Of a stretch of 64,000 nt of DNA, positions 12,536 to 22,287 are shown one piece after another. A model generated the notes under the pieces. The model did no database searches. It was not told where the DNA came from and worked only from the letters and a program-made list of their open reading frames with translations. Numbering within the stretch: position 1 is the first letter of the stretch; each line of letters starts with the position of its first letter. This DNA comes from Schizosaccharomyces osmophilus (Eukaryota), in NCBI RefSeq assembly GCF_027921745.1, contig NC_079240.1, positions 1,860,001 through 1,924,000 on the forward strand. The letters are read 5' to 3'. Made by a program: the position numbers and the translations under genes.

Positions 12536-12801
12536 CTAAACATGCAGAGAAAAAGACTTGATGTGTTTTCCGGGGATCACAACAAGACCCAATGCTCGAG
12601 TTAGGCCTATATAGAGCTGTTAGCAGTGCCTTTGCACAACATTTCGACATTACCATTGGAATCCTCCGTTGTGTTGGACAAGATGGCGGTTCCCTCATGA
12701 TCTGTGCATAAAAAGCATCCATAAAATTTCCGGCGATCAGAAACTTCAATAAGAACTTGATGATTCAGCCAACGTTGAAGTTGCTGCTTTCCAGAGTCCA
12801 T
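12536..12801 (-). CDS. naa38: LSM-domain NatC auxiliary subunit Naa38/Mak31; exons 12801-12654, 12606-12536
   Basis: Sm1 motif WLNHQVLIEVSDRRKFYGCFLCTD; a 47-nt intron (GTAATG..CTAAC..TAG, 12653-12607) joins Sm2 motif RALGLVVIPGKHIKSF. Confidence 0.85.
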
Positions 12802-13475
12802 TTCGGTTCTTGGTTCTCGGTTCTTGTGGAGAGGACAAGGCAAACGCTGATGAGAGAATCGTTGGATACAACAGAGAGTAGAGTCATCTTAAACTGTTTT
12901 CTTTTCCTTTTTCTTTTTTTTTTCTTTTTTTCTTTTCGACACGATGCTGTTTGTTAGGTATCGAGTTTGTGTCGCTTGAATATAAGCTTATTTGGAGCGA
13001 CGTTTTGCGACATTAAATTGAAATGCCAAACAACGCGATGGGTTAGAAATGCATTCTTTGCATTTCTAGTCGTTTTCGTATTCTATTAGAGCCTAAAAAC
13101 TCGCTCGTTTTCTCTCCATTTCTTGGAGTGCTTTCCAAAACCAGCAAGATGGATATGGTCCAAAGGACACGAGTCATCAAACAGGTCCTCAACCTCAACG
13201 TTGACCGATCACGAATAAAGAAACCGACAAGAATAGATGACAAATCTTGTACTCAACAGAGTAGTAGAGAAAAAAACATTTTCTTACGACGATACCATCC
13301 CAATACCACCCTTTGTTAATCAAGTCTTTCCTTTTCTCTCTCTCCTTCAAATTCATTTGCCGCATTCTATCACAGCACACTAACCCCTTTACCGCTCTCC
13401 AAGGCAAATGAATCAGCAGAACCTGTCCAGACCAAAAGGATCGACGGTCTTCGGTTGCGGTACTTTTAATTTTTT

Positions 13476-13626
13476 GATGACATAATGTCATCCTGACTAA
13501 ACCTTAGCTAAGCTGATTAGGCTATCAAGGGAGGAATTGGCGATCTAGAACACCATCGAACGATCTACGACCTCGTCTAATCGCGAGCTTTCAAATCAGC
13601 GGGGCATCGCCCCCAGACTATATAAA
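13476..13626 (+). promoter_or_regulatory. tpx1 promoter with bZIP-like sites (TGACATAA, TGACTAA) and TATA box
   Basis: GATGACATAATGTCATC 13476-13492, TGACTAA 13494-13500, CTTAGCTAAG 13503-13512, TATATAAA 13619-13626. Confidence 0.55.
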
Positions 13627-13701
13627 GGGTGGTCTCCTCCATACTTTTCCTCCATCGAACAAAGAAACACTCAAGTAATACTCGAGAAATCTTAAAGAAA
13701 A

Positions 13702-14280
13702 ATGGTATTGAACATTGGACAACCTGCTCCCGACTTTAAGGGTACTGCCGTCGTGAACGGTGCTTTTGAAGAAATCTCCTTGTCCCAATACAAGGGTAAG
13801 TGGGTCTTCTTGGGCTTCTACCCTCTCGACTTCACTTTTGTCTGCCCTACTGAGATTGTCGCTTTCTCTGAAGCTGCTTCCAAGTTTGCTGAACGTGGTG
13901 CTGAAGTTATCTTGGCCTCTACTGACTCTGAATACTCTCACCTTGCCTTCATCAACACTCCCCGTAAGGACGGTGGTTTGGGTGGTATCAAGATCCCCCT
14001 CTTGTCCGACGGTAACCACAAGATCTCCCGTGACTATGGTGTCTTGATCGAAGACGCTGGTGTTGCTTTCCGTGGTCTCTTCTTGATTGACCCTAACGGC
14101 GTTTTGCGTCAAATCACCATCAACGACCTTCCCGTCGGTCGTTCCGTTGAAGAGTCTCTTCGTCTTTTGGATGCTTTCCAATTCGTTGAAGAGCACGGTG
14201 AAGTTTGCCCTGCTAACTGGCAAAAGGGTGCTGATTCCATTGATACTAAGGATCCCTCCAAGTACTTTGGCAAGCAATAA
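13702..14280 (+). CDS. tpx1: 2-Cys peroxiredoxin (thioredoxin peroxidase)
   Basis: [25 protein letters not shown]-terminal YF. Confidence 0.97.
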   Translation: MVLNIGQPAPDFKGTAVVNGAFEEISLSQYKGKWVFLGFYPLDFTFVCPTEIVAFSEAASKFAERGAEVILASTDSEYSHLAFINTPRKDGGLGGIKIPLLSDGNHKISRDYGVLIEDAGVAFRGLFLIDPNGVLRQITINDLPVGRSVEESLRLLDAFQFVEEHGEVCPANWQKGADSIDTKDPSKYFGKQ

Positions 14281-14518
14281 ATGAGAATGCGCTAGGAGTG
14301 ATCAAAGGACATACATTGTTGTGTCCTTCTCTAAGCCTTTTCTCTTTTTGCTGGTTTTATGTTAGATGAATTCAATTTTGTTCTCGTTGAATATGAAAGC
14401 CAAAGAGCAGCTATGAACTTGTAGAAATCTAGATATAGGAAAGTAGCGTCTATGGACGTAAGAGTAGTAAAACTAGTTGAACGAGTAAAGCAGTACGAAT
14501 AGGAAAACAATCTCTTTT

Positions 14519-14520
<2 letters not shown>

Positions 14521-14581
<61 letters not shown>
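14521..14581. repeat. poly(T) homopolymer, 61 nt
   Basis: Directly visible between the convergent tpx1 and racemase-like 3' ends. Confidence 0.95.
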
Positions 14582-14640
14582 CTTTTTATTACTACCTGCT
14601 TCCGTCTATGAATAGTGCAGGCCGACATATGGGTACGCAC

Positions 14641-15351
14641 TTATGGGTACTGATAAGTACCAGATTTCGAAGTCGTTAGTCTTTGTCGTACAAGACCAGA
14701 GAGCTGCTCTACAGCAGCGTGGACGCCATCAATGATGGGGATCTCTGGACCCACGGCTTCTTGAATCGAATCACGGATGGCCGCCAAGGCAGCGCCTCCC
14801 AAACAAATCGAGTCGGCACCGTGGACACGGACGAGTTCTTGTGCGCGCTGTACCAGGAGAGATTTGCGTTCTTCAGGATCCATGTTGGAGAGTTGCAGCA
14901 CAGTACGTCCTGTGGAGGCAATGGCTGCGATGCGAGAACGTTCCAGGCCAAAGGATTGGAGGAGTTCGTACAGCAAACATTCTGAACGAAAAGTACTGGT
15001 AAGGATGCCGACCTTTCGACCAACGGTTAGAGCAGCCAAGACCGAGGCTTGAACGATGCCCATGCAAGGAAGCTGGAACGACTCGCGGATCATGTCGACG
15101 AGAGGCGTAGGTGAGTAGCAAGCCACAACGATGGCATCGATTCCTTCTAGCGTCTCGGGTCTAAGAGACTGAAAGACCAGGGAAGCTGTAAGGGTGGCCT
15201 CTGTGATTGAGTCGATGACGGCAGCTCCTGGAGCTGGGCAGGTAAAGAAGCGCAATGTAACATCTGGGGCAACCAATTTGGGCAGCTTCTCCTGGAGGGA
15301 ATCGGTAATGAAGCGAGACGAGTTTGGATTAATGATCAGTAGAGTAGGCAT
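14641..15351 (-). CDS. Asp/Glu/hydantoin racemase superfamily protein (Dcg1/allantoin-racemase-like)
   Basis: ATG 15351; LIINPNSSRFIT, DAIVVACYS, GIVQAS, GADSICLGG, IPIIDGV. Confidence 0.88.
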   Translation of the reverse strand: MPTLLIINPNSSRFITDSLQEKLPKLVAPDVTLRFFTCPAPGAAVIDSITEATLTASLVFQSLRPETLEGIDAIVVACYSPTPLVDMIRESFQLPCMGIVQASVLAALTVGRKVGILTSTFRSECLLYELLQSFGLERSRIAAIASTGRTVLQLSNMDPEERKSLLVQRAQELVRVHGADSICLGGAALAAIRDSIQEAVGPEIPIIDGVHAAVEQLSGLVRQRLTTSKSGTYQYP

Positions 15352-15900
15352 GTTGAAGCTCAAACGGCAAGAAAATAGAAAGGAGAGACACAAAGAGAAA
15401 GAGAGAATAGGAAAACTTCATTCCAACGAAACCACGGAGTTCCTGTACAATCTCACTAGATAGATTCCAGAATTAGATATCTGGGAAACTTGGACGAATA
15501 CGGAAATCGGCCTTGTCTTACCACAAAAAACAGAGACACCAGCACCGGGTCTGATAATTCGAAACGCACAAGCAACAATCTGCGACCTAGAAAAGCCAAC
15601 GAGCAACGAAAAAGAAACAAAGGAATTACAAAGAAGAAGCGAATAACCAAAGGAACAATGTTTCGTATTTCTCCTAAAGCACAAAACACTTGCAACAAAG
15701 AACCAAAGAAGGATAAAAATTTAAAATAAAATAAAAAAAAAAAAAAAAAAAAAGAGAGAAAAGAAACAAAAGAGAGGAAACAATGAGTCAAATTCAAAAC
15801 CACCACCAAAACAATCTCTCTTTGAGTCCGGTTTGTCGAAAACGAGAATATACGGACCTCCAAGGAAGATGAACCTATCGTCTCTACGATGTCATTTCTT

Positions 15901-15995
15901 CTTATCAATGGTAAAATGAAAGGAGCAGGGCCATAGTGTTTGATAAGCCAAAAACAACGTAGCCACCAAGGCCTTGGATGGACATTTATAAATAC
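15901..15995. promoter_or_regulatory. GATA sites, palindrome and TATA in the racemase/xan1 divergent promoter
   Basis: CTTATC 15901-15906, GATAAG 15942-15947, CCAAGGCCTTGG 15966-15977, TATAAATA at about 15987. Confidence 0.6.
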
Positions 15996-16110
15996 GGCGA
16001 ATTTACATGTTTGATCTCTCCTCCCAATTTACACTAATTTTCTTTCCTAAAGTTGTTTGTTAACGGACGGTCTAGTTTACCTCTCATACATTGCAACTTT
16101 TCTTTTACTT

Positions 16111-16133
16111 CTACTACTACTACTACTACTACT
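16111..16133 (+). repeat. (CTA)n microsatellite upstream of the xan1 ATG
   Basis: About 7 tandem CTA units. Confidence 0.85.
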
Positions 16134-16205
16134 GTTATTTGCTACTTGTCTGCTTGTCAGTTTGTACTCTTACTCCCACCTTTGTTTTGTTTGTTGATAT
16201 TAGAA

Positions 16206-17453
16206 ATGACGAAAATTGAAACCACTACCACCACCAACGTTCCTCCTATGACATTATCCGTCCAAAACACGGCTTCCAATGCCTTCAAGCCTTACACGAC
16301 ATCTCATGGCTTGCGCATTTCTCCCGCTCCTTTGCCTTCTCACAGCACGGATGTCTCATTCGGTGCCCTTATTGAAGGCATTGACCTGCGCAAGATGACT
16401 GATGAACAATTCCAGGAGATCCGCACCGCACTCTTTGAACATCAAGTCGTTTGCTTTCCCAACCAACACAGTCTGCCTCCTCAGAATCAGTACGACATCA
16501 CACATCGGTTTGACCCCGAGAGTTCCACATACGGCCATGGGAATAGTTCCAATAAGCAAGAAAATAGCATTCTCCATCCCGATCTTCACACCGTCCCCGC
16601 TGTACCACAGGTCCAATTGATCGGCCATGGTGTAATTCAAAATCATTACGGCTTACCTGAAGCTCGTCTCAAGCATCCTCATCATCGTAGCTTCCATCGT
16701 GATCCCATTTCAGCCGAAGAAGAACATAAAAAGCAAGTCACTCGCTTCTATCGTTGGCATATTGATGCTGCTCTTTACGACTATAATCCTCCTGTTGTCA
16801 CCACGCTTTCTGCCATTTCAGTCCCTCGGGGCACCCAAACTCTGCGGTACGATGATAAATCAGGCCATGAAATGCCCGTTCCCCTTGGTTCAACTGCGTT
16901 TGCCTCTGGCTACAAGTTGTTTGATTTGCTTTCCGACGAGCAAAAGAAAATCGCCGCCCGCACTCGTGTTCAGTACCTCCCACACGCATATGTCGCTATC
17001 CATAAGGCTCGTGCCTTGCCTAATGGCCTAAGTATGTACTCGGAGGACTTGGAACTCCCAAAGGACAAATTGCCGGATTGGGAAGAGAGCAAAATTAAGA
17101 CTTTTCCTCTTCTTTGGAAGAATCCCGTTACCGGTAAGCTTGCTCTTCAAACTCATGGTTGCTGTGCCGAAAAGATTTACATTGACAATCCAGAGGGTTC
17201 TACCACCGTCATCGATGACCTTGCAAAGGTTCGCGAAATACTCTACAGTTATCAACGCCCCGGCATCAATCCCGAGCGTGTTTACTGCCATGACTGGAAA
17301 GAGGGTGATTTCGTAATTTTCCACAATCGCGGTCTCATTCATTGCATTACAGGTGCCTATGATGATAGCCAAACACGAGTCTTTCATCAATGCAATTTGG
17401 CTGCTTCTCATCCTCCTGCCGGACCTACCGCTGAAGAAATTGCTTCCATATGA
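16206..17453 (+). CDS. xan1: Fe(II)/alpha-ketoglutarate-dependent xanthine dioxygenase (XanA, TauD family)
   Basis: ATG 16206; RFYRWHIDAALY (HxD), GSTAFASG, WKNPVTG, WKEGDFVIFHNRG, RVFHQCNLA. Confidence 0.9.
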   Translation: MTKIETTTTTNVPPMTLSVQNTASNAFKPYTTSHGLRISPAPLPSHSTDVSFGALIEGIDLRKMTDEQFQEIRTALFEHQVVCFPNQHSLPPQNQYDITHRFDPESSTYGHGNSSNKQENSILHPDLHTVPAVPQVQLIGHGVIQNHYGLPEARLKHPHHRSFHRDPISAEEEHKKQVTRFYRWHIDAALYDYNPPVVTTLSAISVPRGTQTLRYDDKSGHEMPVPLGSTAFASGYKLFDLLSDEQKKIAARTRVQYLPHAYVAIHKARALPNGLSMYSEDLELPKDKLPDWEESKIKTFPLLWKNPVTGKLALQTHGCCAEKIYIDNPEGSTTVIDDLAKVREILYSYQRPGINPERVYCHDWKEGDFVIFHNRGLIHCITGAYDDSQTRVFHQCNLAASHPPAGPTAEEIASI

Positions 17454-19251
17454 AACAGCTGTTCGTATGCCAATTCTATTTTAGTAAACCCAAAGTTGAC
17501 AAAGTTCGTTAATATGGCTTGTTTTCATTTGGTGCTTGCGTTGTGTCGTTTTGTTTTTACCTGCATCAGCTTGTCACGTAATTCCCTTTCCTTTATTCGC
17601 TACGTCTTATGTTTACTTATATGAATTTCAGTATTGATGTTCAACAAATCTTTAATTTGTTCAATGGTCAGCCCTTGTCCATCTCTTACTTTACTCTGCA
17701 TAGTTAGTGTAAGAATGTCATGGTTCGTTTAATGTTATCCATCACCGTTAGTTTTTGTTAATAGTAGGAATTGGATTACATCTATGATGCTGCTTCTAGC
17801 AAGTAAGACAACGATGTCCATATTTTGAACGACTGACTAACTATTAGTGTCAATTGCATTAAATCCAATATGATTTGGAAGAGTGCTGGGCAATATATTT
17901 GTCGCAGTATTCCATACAGTTGTTCCCAATGCCTTCTGTTAGCCTCATCTTTCGGCCTGAAGAAGTACGGAGTGTTTAAATATTTGAACCCTGCTGTTTG
18001 CTAGTTGATTTTTATCATTCTAAACATATTCTTATTTCTTGTTTTGACGAGTATGTTGTGTATAACTATAAAATATTCTAACTGTTCCAGTAAATCAAAA
18101 GGCACACTAAAGCATGAATTCAAATTTGGTAAACGGCATAGCGGTTTAGGAAATGCTTTGTCTTGTACTTTTGGTATGTACTCTTTGGAGATTTTTCCTC
18201 TCACAATATCTTTTTAACCTATATAGAATCGCTCAATGTCTGAGAGACATTCGAACGAAGAAACTGAATTTCAACCTCTTGATGACCAAACACTGAAGTC
18301 TGAGGTTTCGTGTTTACTTATTTCTGTAATCTTGTCGAAACGGTTGTATTTCTTCTTCGATTTTCACGCCATTCTTTGCAAGCACGGATTCTTAGTCCAC
18401 TAAATTACAAATAATAAAACATTTGCATAAAAATTATATGTTTGTTTCTCATTCACTCATTCAAGGATCTCCTAATATGTTTCAATTTCTTTTCACGGCA
18501 CTGTTAGCCAAACATGGGTTATTTCAATCATGAATTGAAGAATAATGATTTAAATATTCGCCATTTAATGAGAATACTTTTTGAGAAGAACTGTAACTTC
18601 AAATCAACACTGCATGGTATAAATGCATATTTAATAAACAACTTCAACGATATCGAAACTCGTCATCTGATAATTCTACTATGCAGTACTAAAGAAATAT
18701 TCTCAAATATTAGCAAAACCTATTGTTTTAAAGAATAAGTAACATTACAAAAAGTAAATAAAGCATCAAATGTTTTATTTTAAAGTCCTTAAGCAAAAAA
18801 CCGAAAATATATACTCCCGGATATAAAGTTCAAGATTCCGTTAGTTCATTATTGACAAATCTAGATAAATCCTTCAATTTATAGTCAGAATGTTTAAATC
18901 AGTCACATCCTTTAATATGAATAAGTGAGATCGGCTTCCTACCGCTATTTTTTTTTAACCAGCTCATAGATATTGCTTTTTTGTACACACGTAGCACTAC
19001 CTGTGTTCTATTTAAAACTGCTACAAGTGTTGTTGTTATGAGCACTCAAGACACAATTTCGTGTAGATGCACAACAGAAAATAAGAGTTTCATAAAAATA
19101 TTAGGAGAGATACTTTATTAGTGAAATCCATCATGGATTTCTTTTACTAAACATCTAAACAAAAGGAAACTACTAAAAAAGCAAAACAATAATAATAATA
19201 AATGGAAAGACAAAGGCACAAAAGGGGGAAAGACGTAACAAAAAAAGGACA

Positions 19252-20925
19252 TTACAATGGATAAATAAACATCAGATTTTCTTGATCAGTCAAATCCAAC
19301 ATAGAATTATCGATGAATCCTGAAGTAGGATTTCCAGAGGAATCTACGAACTCAACCAAAGTCTTAGAAATCTTTTCTTCATGATTTTGTTCGCGTAAAG
19401 AACGGCGTTTCTCGTTTTGACGAACGAGGATCCAACGGATGGTTAAAAGAATTGCGGGAGAAACCGACCAAGAAACAACGATCTGAACAATCCAAGCAGG
19501 ATAATATCTAGGAGCGTCATGGCTCTGCCACATTTGAGGTCCAATGATGTTGGCTATGGCATAGGCAATCATAAACAAAACACCTCTAGTAAGCTTTTTG
19601 GTATATCCAGAGCATGTGGCAGACATCCACCCAAGGGAAATAATAAAAGGAATTCCAAAATTGCTTGCTATAATGATGGCAGCCAATTCTCCTATTTTAC
19701 GATCCCAAGGGATTGCGACAGAAGCAATCCCTCCTGCTAAGCAGGGAATGTACCACAAGGCTCCATGGAACGCACTTTGGTTCACAATTAGAGTCATAAA
19801 GTATGTAGCAAGAACAGAGCTCACACAATTATACCCAGAATTAGCGACACTGACCAAGGTAGAATTTAAATTCGATACACCCAAACTAGTAAACAACAAG
19901 TTTTGTTGATAAGCCAGATTATTAGCAAGCTGATTTGTGAAAACATGAAGAGCAAACAACCAAGTAACTGGTTCTTTTAAAGCTTCGAATACCTGATACT
20001 TTTTGAATTTTTTGGATTCGATGCCGCTGTTATTGTTTCTGCGCACGCGGTCTACCGTATGCAAACGTTCACTTTTTGTCAAAAAGCGTGCTTTGGTAGG
20101 ATTATCTGGGTAATAGAAAAAGAGCCAAAGAGTCATAAAGAAAGTGATACCTCCAACGATGATCATAAAAAGCTTCCAAGGAGAGACAGTATGGGTAGCG
20201 TACTGCACGCCATATGCAATAAAACCAGCGGGAATGTTACATCCGTAGCAAGAAATATAAAAGATAGGTTGAAGAAAAATCAGTTCGTTGTGTGGGAAGA
20301 ACATACCGAGTGTAGCTTCCATCGTAGGAAGCAAAGAGGATTCCACGACACCAAGGAAGAAACGAAGTGCCATAAGTCCACCGAAATTGTAAGCCGTACA
20401 ATGCAAAAAGATTATGATCGTCCAAAGAGCCGTTGAGGTAGCGACGAATTTTCCCACAGGAAATCGTTGTAGTAACAAATGGCCAGGGATTTGACCTACT
20501 ATGTATCCCACATAAAAGATTGTGTTTAGATCATTGTATTGGTTTTTTGTAATATGTGTATCATCGAATAGGCCAAGGATGCTGGAGTAACTGAGGGTAG
20601 CTTTATCGATATACAGCATCATATCTAAAAGCATTACCATTGCAAGAACGGTAAAGTATAATTTCCAGCGCAGTTTTTTTTCTTGTTTAGGATTTAAAGG
20701 CTCCAATTCCTCTGCTGCTTTCATATACTTGAAAGTTTCGTCCAAAAGGGAATTCGAATGGCTTTGGGTATTAGAAAGCGAACTTTGAGAAACTTCCGAA
20801 AGAGAGGTAAACTTTTCCACATTGCTTTCTTTCTCCATGCTACTTTTTCCATTTTTTTCGGTTTCAAAAGAGTCATCAACATCACTGTTATGAATGGAAG
20901 GAGGGTTTCTGAAGATTTCGCTCAT
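19252..20925 (-). CDS. MFS anion:cation symporter of the Dal5/Yct1 (allantoate/cysteine) family
   Basis: ATG 20925; [62 protein letters not shown] tail. Confidence 0.88.
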   Translation of the reverse strand: MSEIFRNPPSIHNSDVDDSFETEKNGKSSMEKESNVEKFTSLSEVSQSSLSNTQSHSNSLLDETFKYMKAAEELEPLNPKQEKKLRWKLYFTVLAMVMLLDMMLYIDKATLSYSSILGLFDDTHITKNQYNDLNTIFYVGYIVGQIPGHLLLQRFPVGKFVATSTALWTIIIFLHCTAYNFGGLMALRFFLGVVESSLLPTMEATLGMFFPHNELIFLQPIFYISCYGCNIPAGFIAYGVQYATHTVSPWKLFMIIVGGITFFMTLWLFFYYPDNPTKARFLTKSERLHTVDRVRRNNNSGIESKKFKKYQVFEALKEPVTWLFALHVFTNQLANNLAYQQNLLFTSLGVSNLNSTLVSVANSGYNCVSSVLATYFMTLIVNQSAFHGALWYIPCLAGGIASVAIPWDRKIGELAAIIIASNFGIPFIISLGWMSATCSGYTKKLTRGVLFMIAYAIANIIGPQMWQSHDAPRYYPAWIVQIVVSWSVSPAILLTIRWILVRQNEKRRSLREQNHEEKISKTLVEFVDSSGNPTSGFIDNSMLDLTDQENLMFIYPL

Positions 20926-21988
20926 GTTTTGAATATCAAATGAAATAGAAATACTCCTATTTCCTCTATAAATCAATTCCTAGCAACAGGTTTTTGCTTT
21001 TTTTATTTATTTATTTACAACGCAAACCTCAGCAAAACAATGCGACAATGACAACAAACGTCCACAACTCCAAAGGATTTATGCTTCTGAAAAGCGAATA
21101 ATGAATCGCTAAACGAGAGGATAATTTGGTTTGTTTTGTTTTCCTGCTTTTAAAAAGACTCGTTTCGTCCTTTTTTAATTTCAAACAACCTTTAAGAATT
21201 CTCTCAATCGAACCCAAGACAAAATGTTGCGAATAGGTTCCTAAGGTCCCTACATATATAAGAACAGCTTCCCATCGATAGAGACTTCATCTATCGTCTT
21301 TCATAACGACATCTTGTAAAACAATCACCAAATATTTGTCAGGAATAATTAAATGTCGTAAATGTACTCCTCAAAAGACGTATTTGCTTGGGAGCACGCA
21401 ATAAAAAACGTTCTATGTTGATAAAGAAACAATCTTTCAAAAGCCATCAATTTGTAAACAAAAATAAAACAAGAAAAATCGTTCCTAAAGAAGGCACCTG
21501 GGAAAGACAGGAAACGTTCGAAGAATTTATTTCATCAATATCCATCAGTCAATTTTCAATCTCATATTGTCATATTGTCTTCTTGTTTTTTTTTTCTTTT
21601 TTTTTCTTTTTATTTATTTAAACAAGTCTTTTTCGTTGATAAACTTGGAATTCCTCTTGCATATCTTATCGATGGACAAAGTCAAGCTTGCCGAATTCCC
21701 TCTTGTTGTTTGTTGTAGGATTTTGTCACACAAGGACCAAAAGAGCGACAGAAAAAAGAAAATCAGAATTGAAACATTTGTATAGAAATAGAATGAGAAT
21801 GAGAAAGAAATGAAATCAAGAAAACCTGTTTGAAAAGAACGATGCATTCCTTGGCAATTTAAACATAAAACGTATAGCAGTTCTTTGTTTCACTCGTCGC
21901 ATGAACGGGTGTATGAAAGAAACATTTCTTTAACTTTTTTTCATAGCTAGGATGTCTTGTACTCTAATCAATAGAGATTCATCAGTTC

Positions 21989-22060
21989 GGTTGTATGGTG
22001 TAGCGGCTAGCACATGAGATTTTGATTCTCGAGATCTGGGTTCGACTCCCAGTACGACCT
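21989..22060 (+). tRNA. tRNA-Gln(TTG)
   Basis: GGTTGTA/TACGACC acceptor stem, anticodon loop TTTTGAT, GGTTCGACTCC T-arm, downstream T-run. Confidence 0.93.
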
Positions 22061-22287
22061 TGTACTTAACAGTTTTTGTTTTCTTTTGTCTCATTGATTT
22101 CATTCAATTTGTTTTAAAGGATTTTTATGATTTTTATTGTAGCTTGGTCTCAAGAGTTTAGAGTTTAAAGTGCCTCCTCGTCTAGAGTCTTGGATATTTT
22201 GCATGGAATTCTATTGAATAGAAAAGAATAATTGTTGATTATCATTCATTCATGTCATAGTCATGGAATCGTTAGCAATCATCATGC

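Noticed and set aside
12607..12843. Apparently truncated LSM pseudogene
   Set aside because: A 47-nt intron restores the full Sm2 motif, so the gene is intact
13702..14280. tpx1 as a member of the purine cluster (removing uricase-derived H2O2)
   Set aside because: No uricase in the window, and its promoter shows bZIP-like rather than GATA sites; adjacency alone is insufficient
16053..16205. 51-codon in-frame upstream extension of xan1, and similar extensions on ret3, the racemase-like gene, permeases, mak3 and NFX1
   Set aside because: These arise from TTG/GTG starts allowed by the ORF caller; pyrimidine-rich UTR composition; family similarity begins at or after the first ATG
17700..18800. 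Short ORFs between xan1 and the ACS permease as a transposon, LTR or wtf relic
   Set aside because: No TG..CA LTR, terminal repeats, 5S rDNA or recognisable motif; cannot be supported by eye
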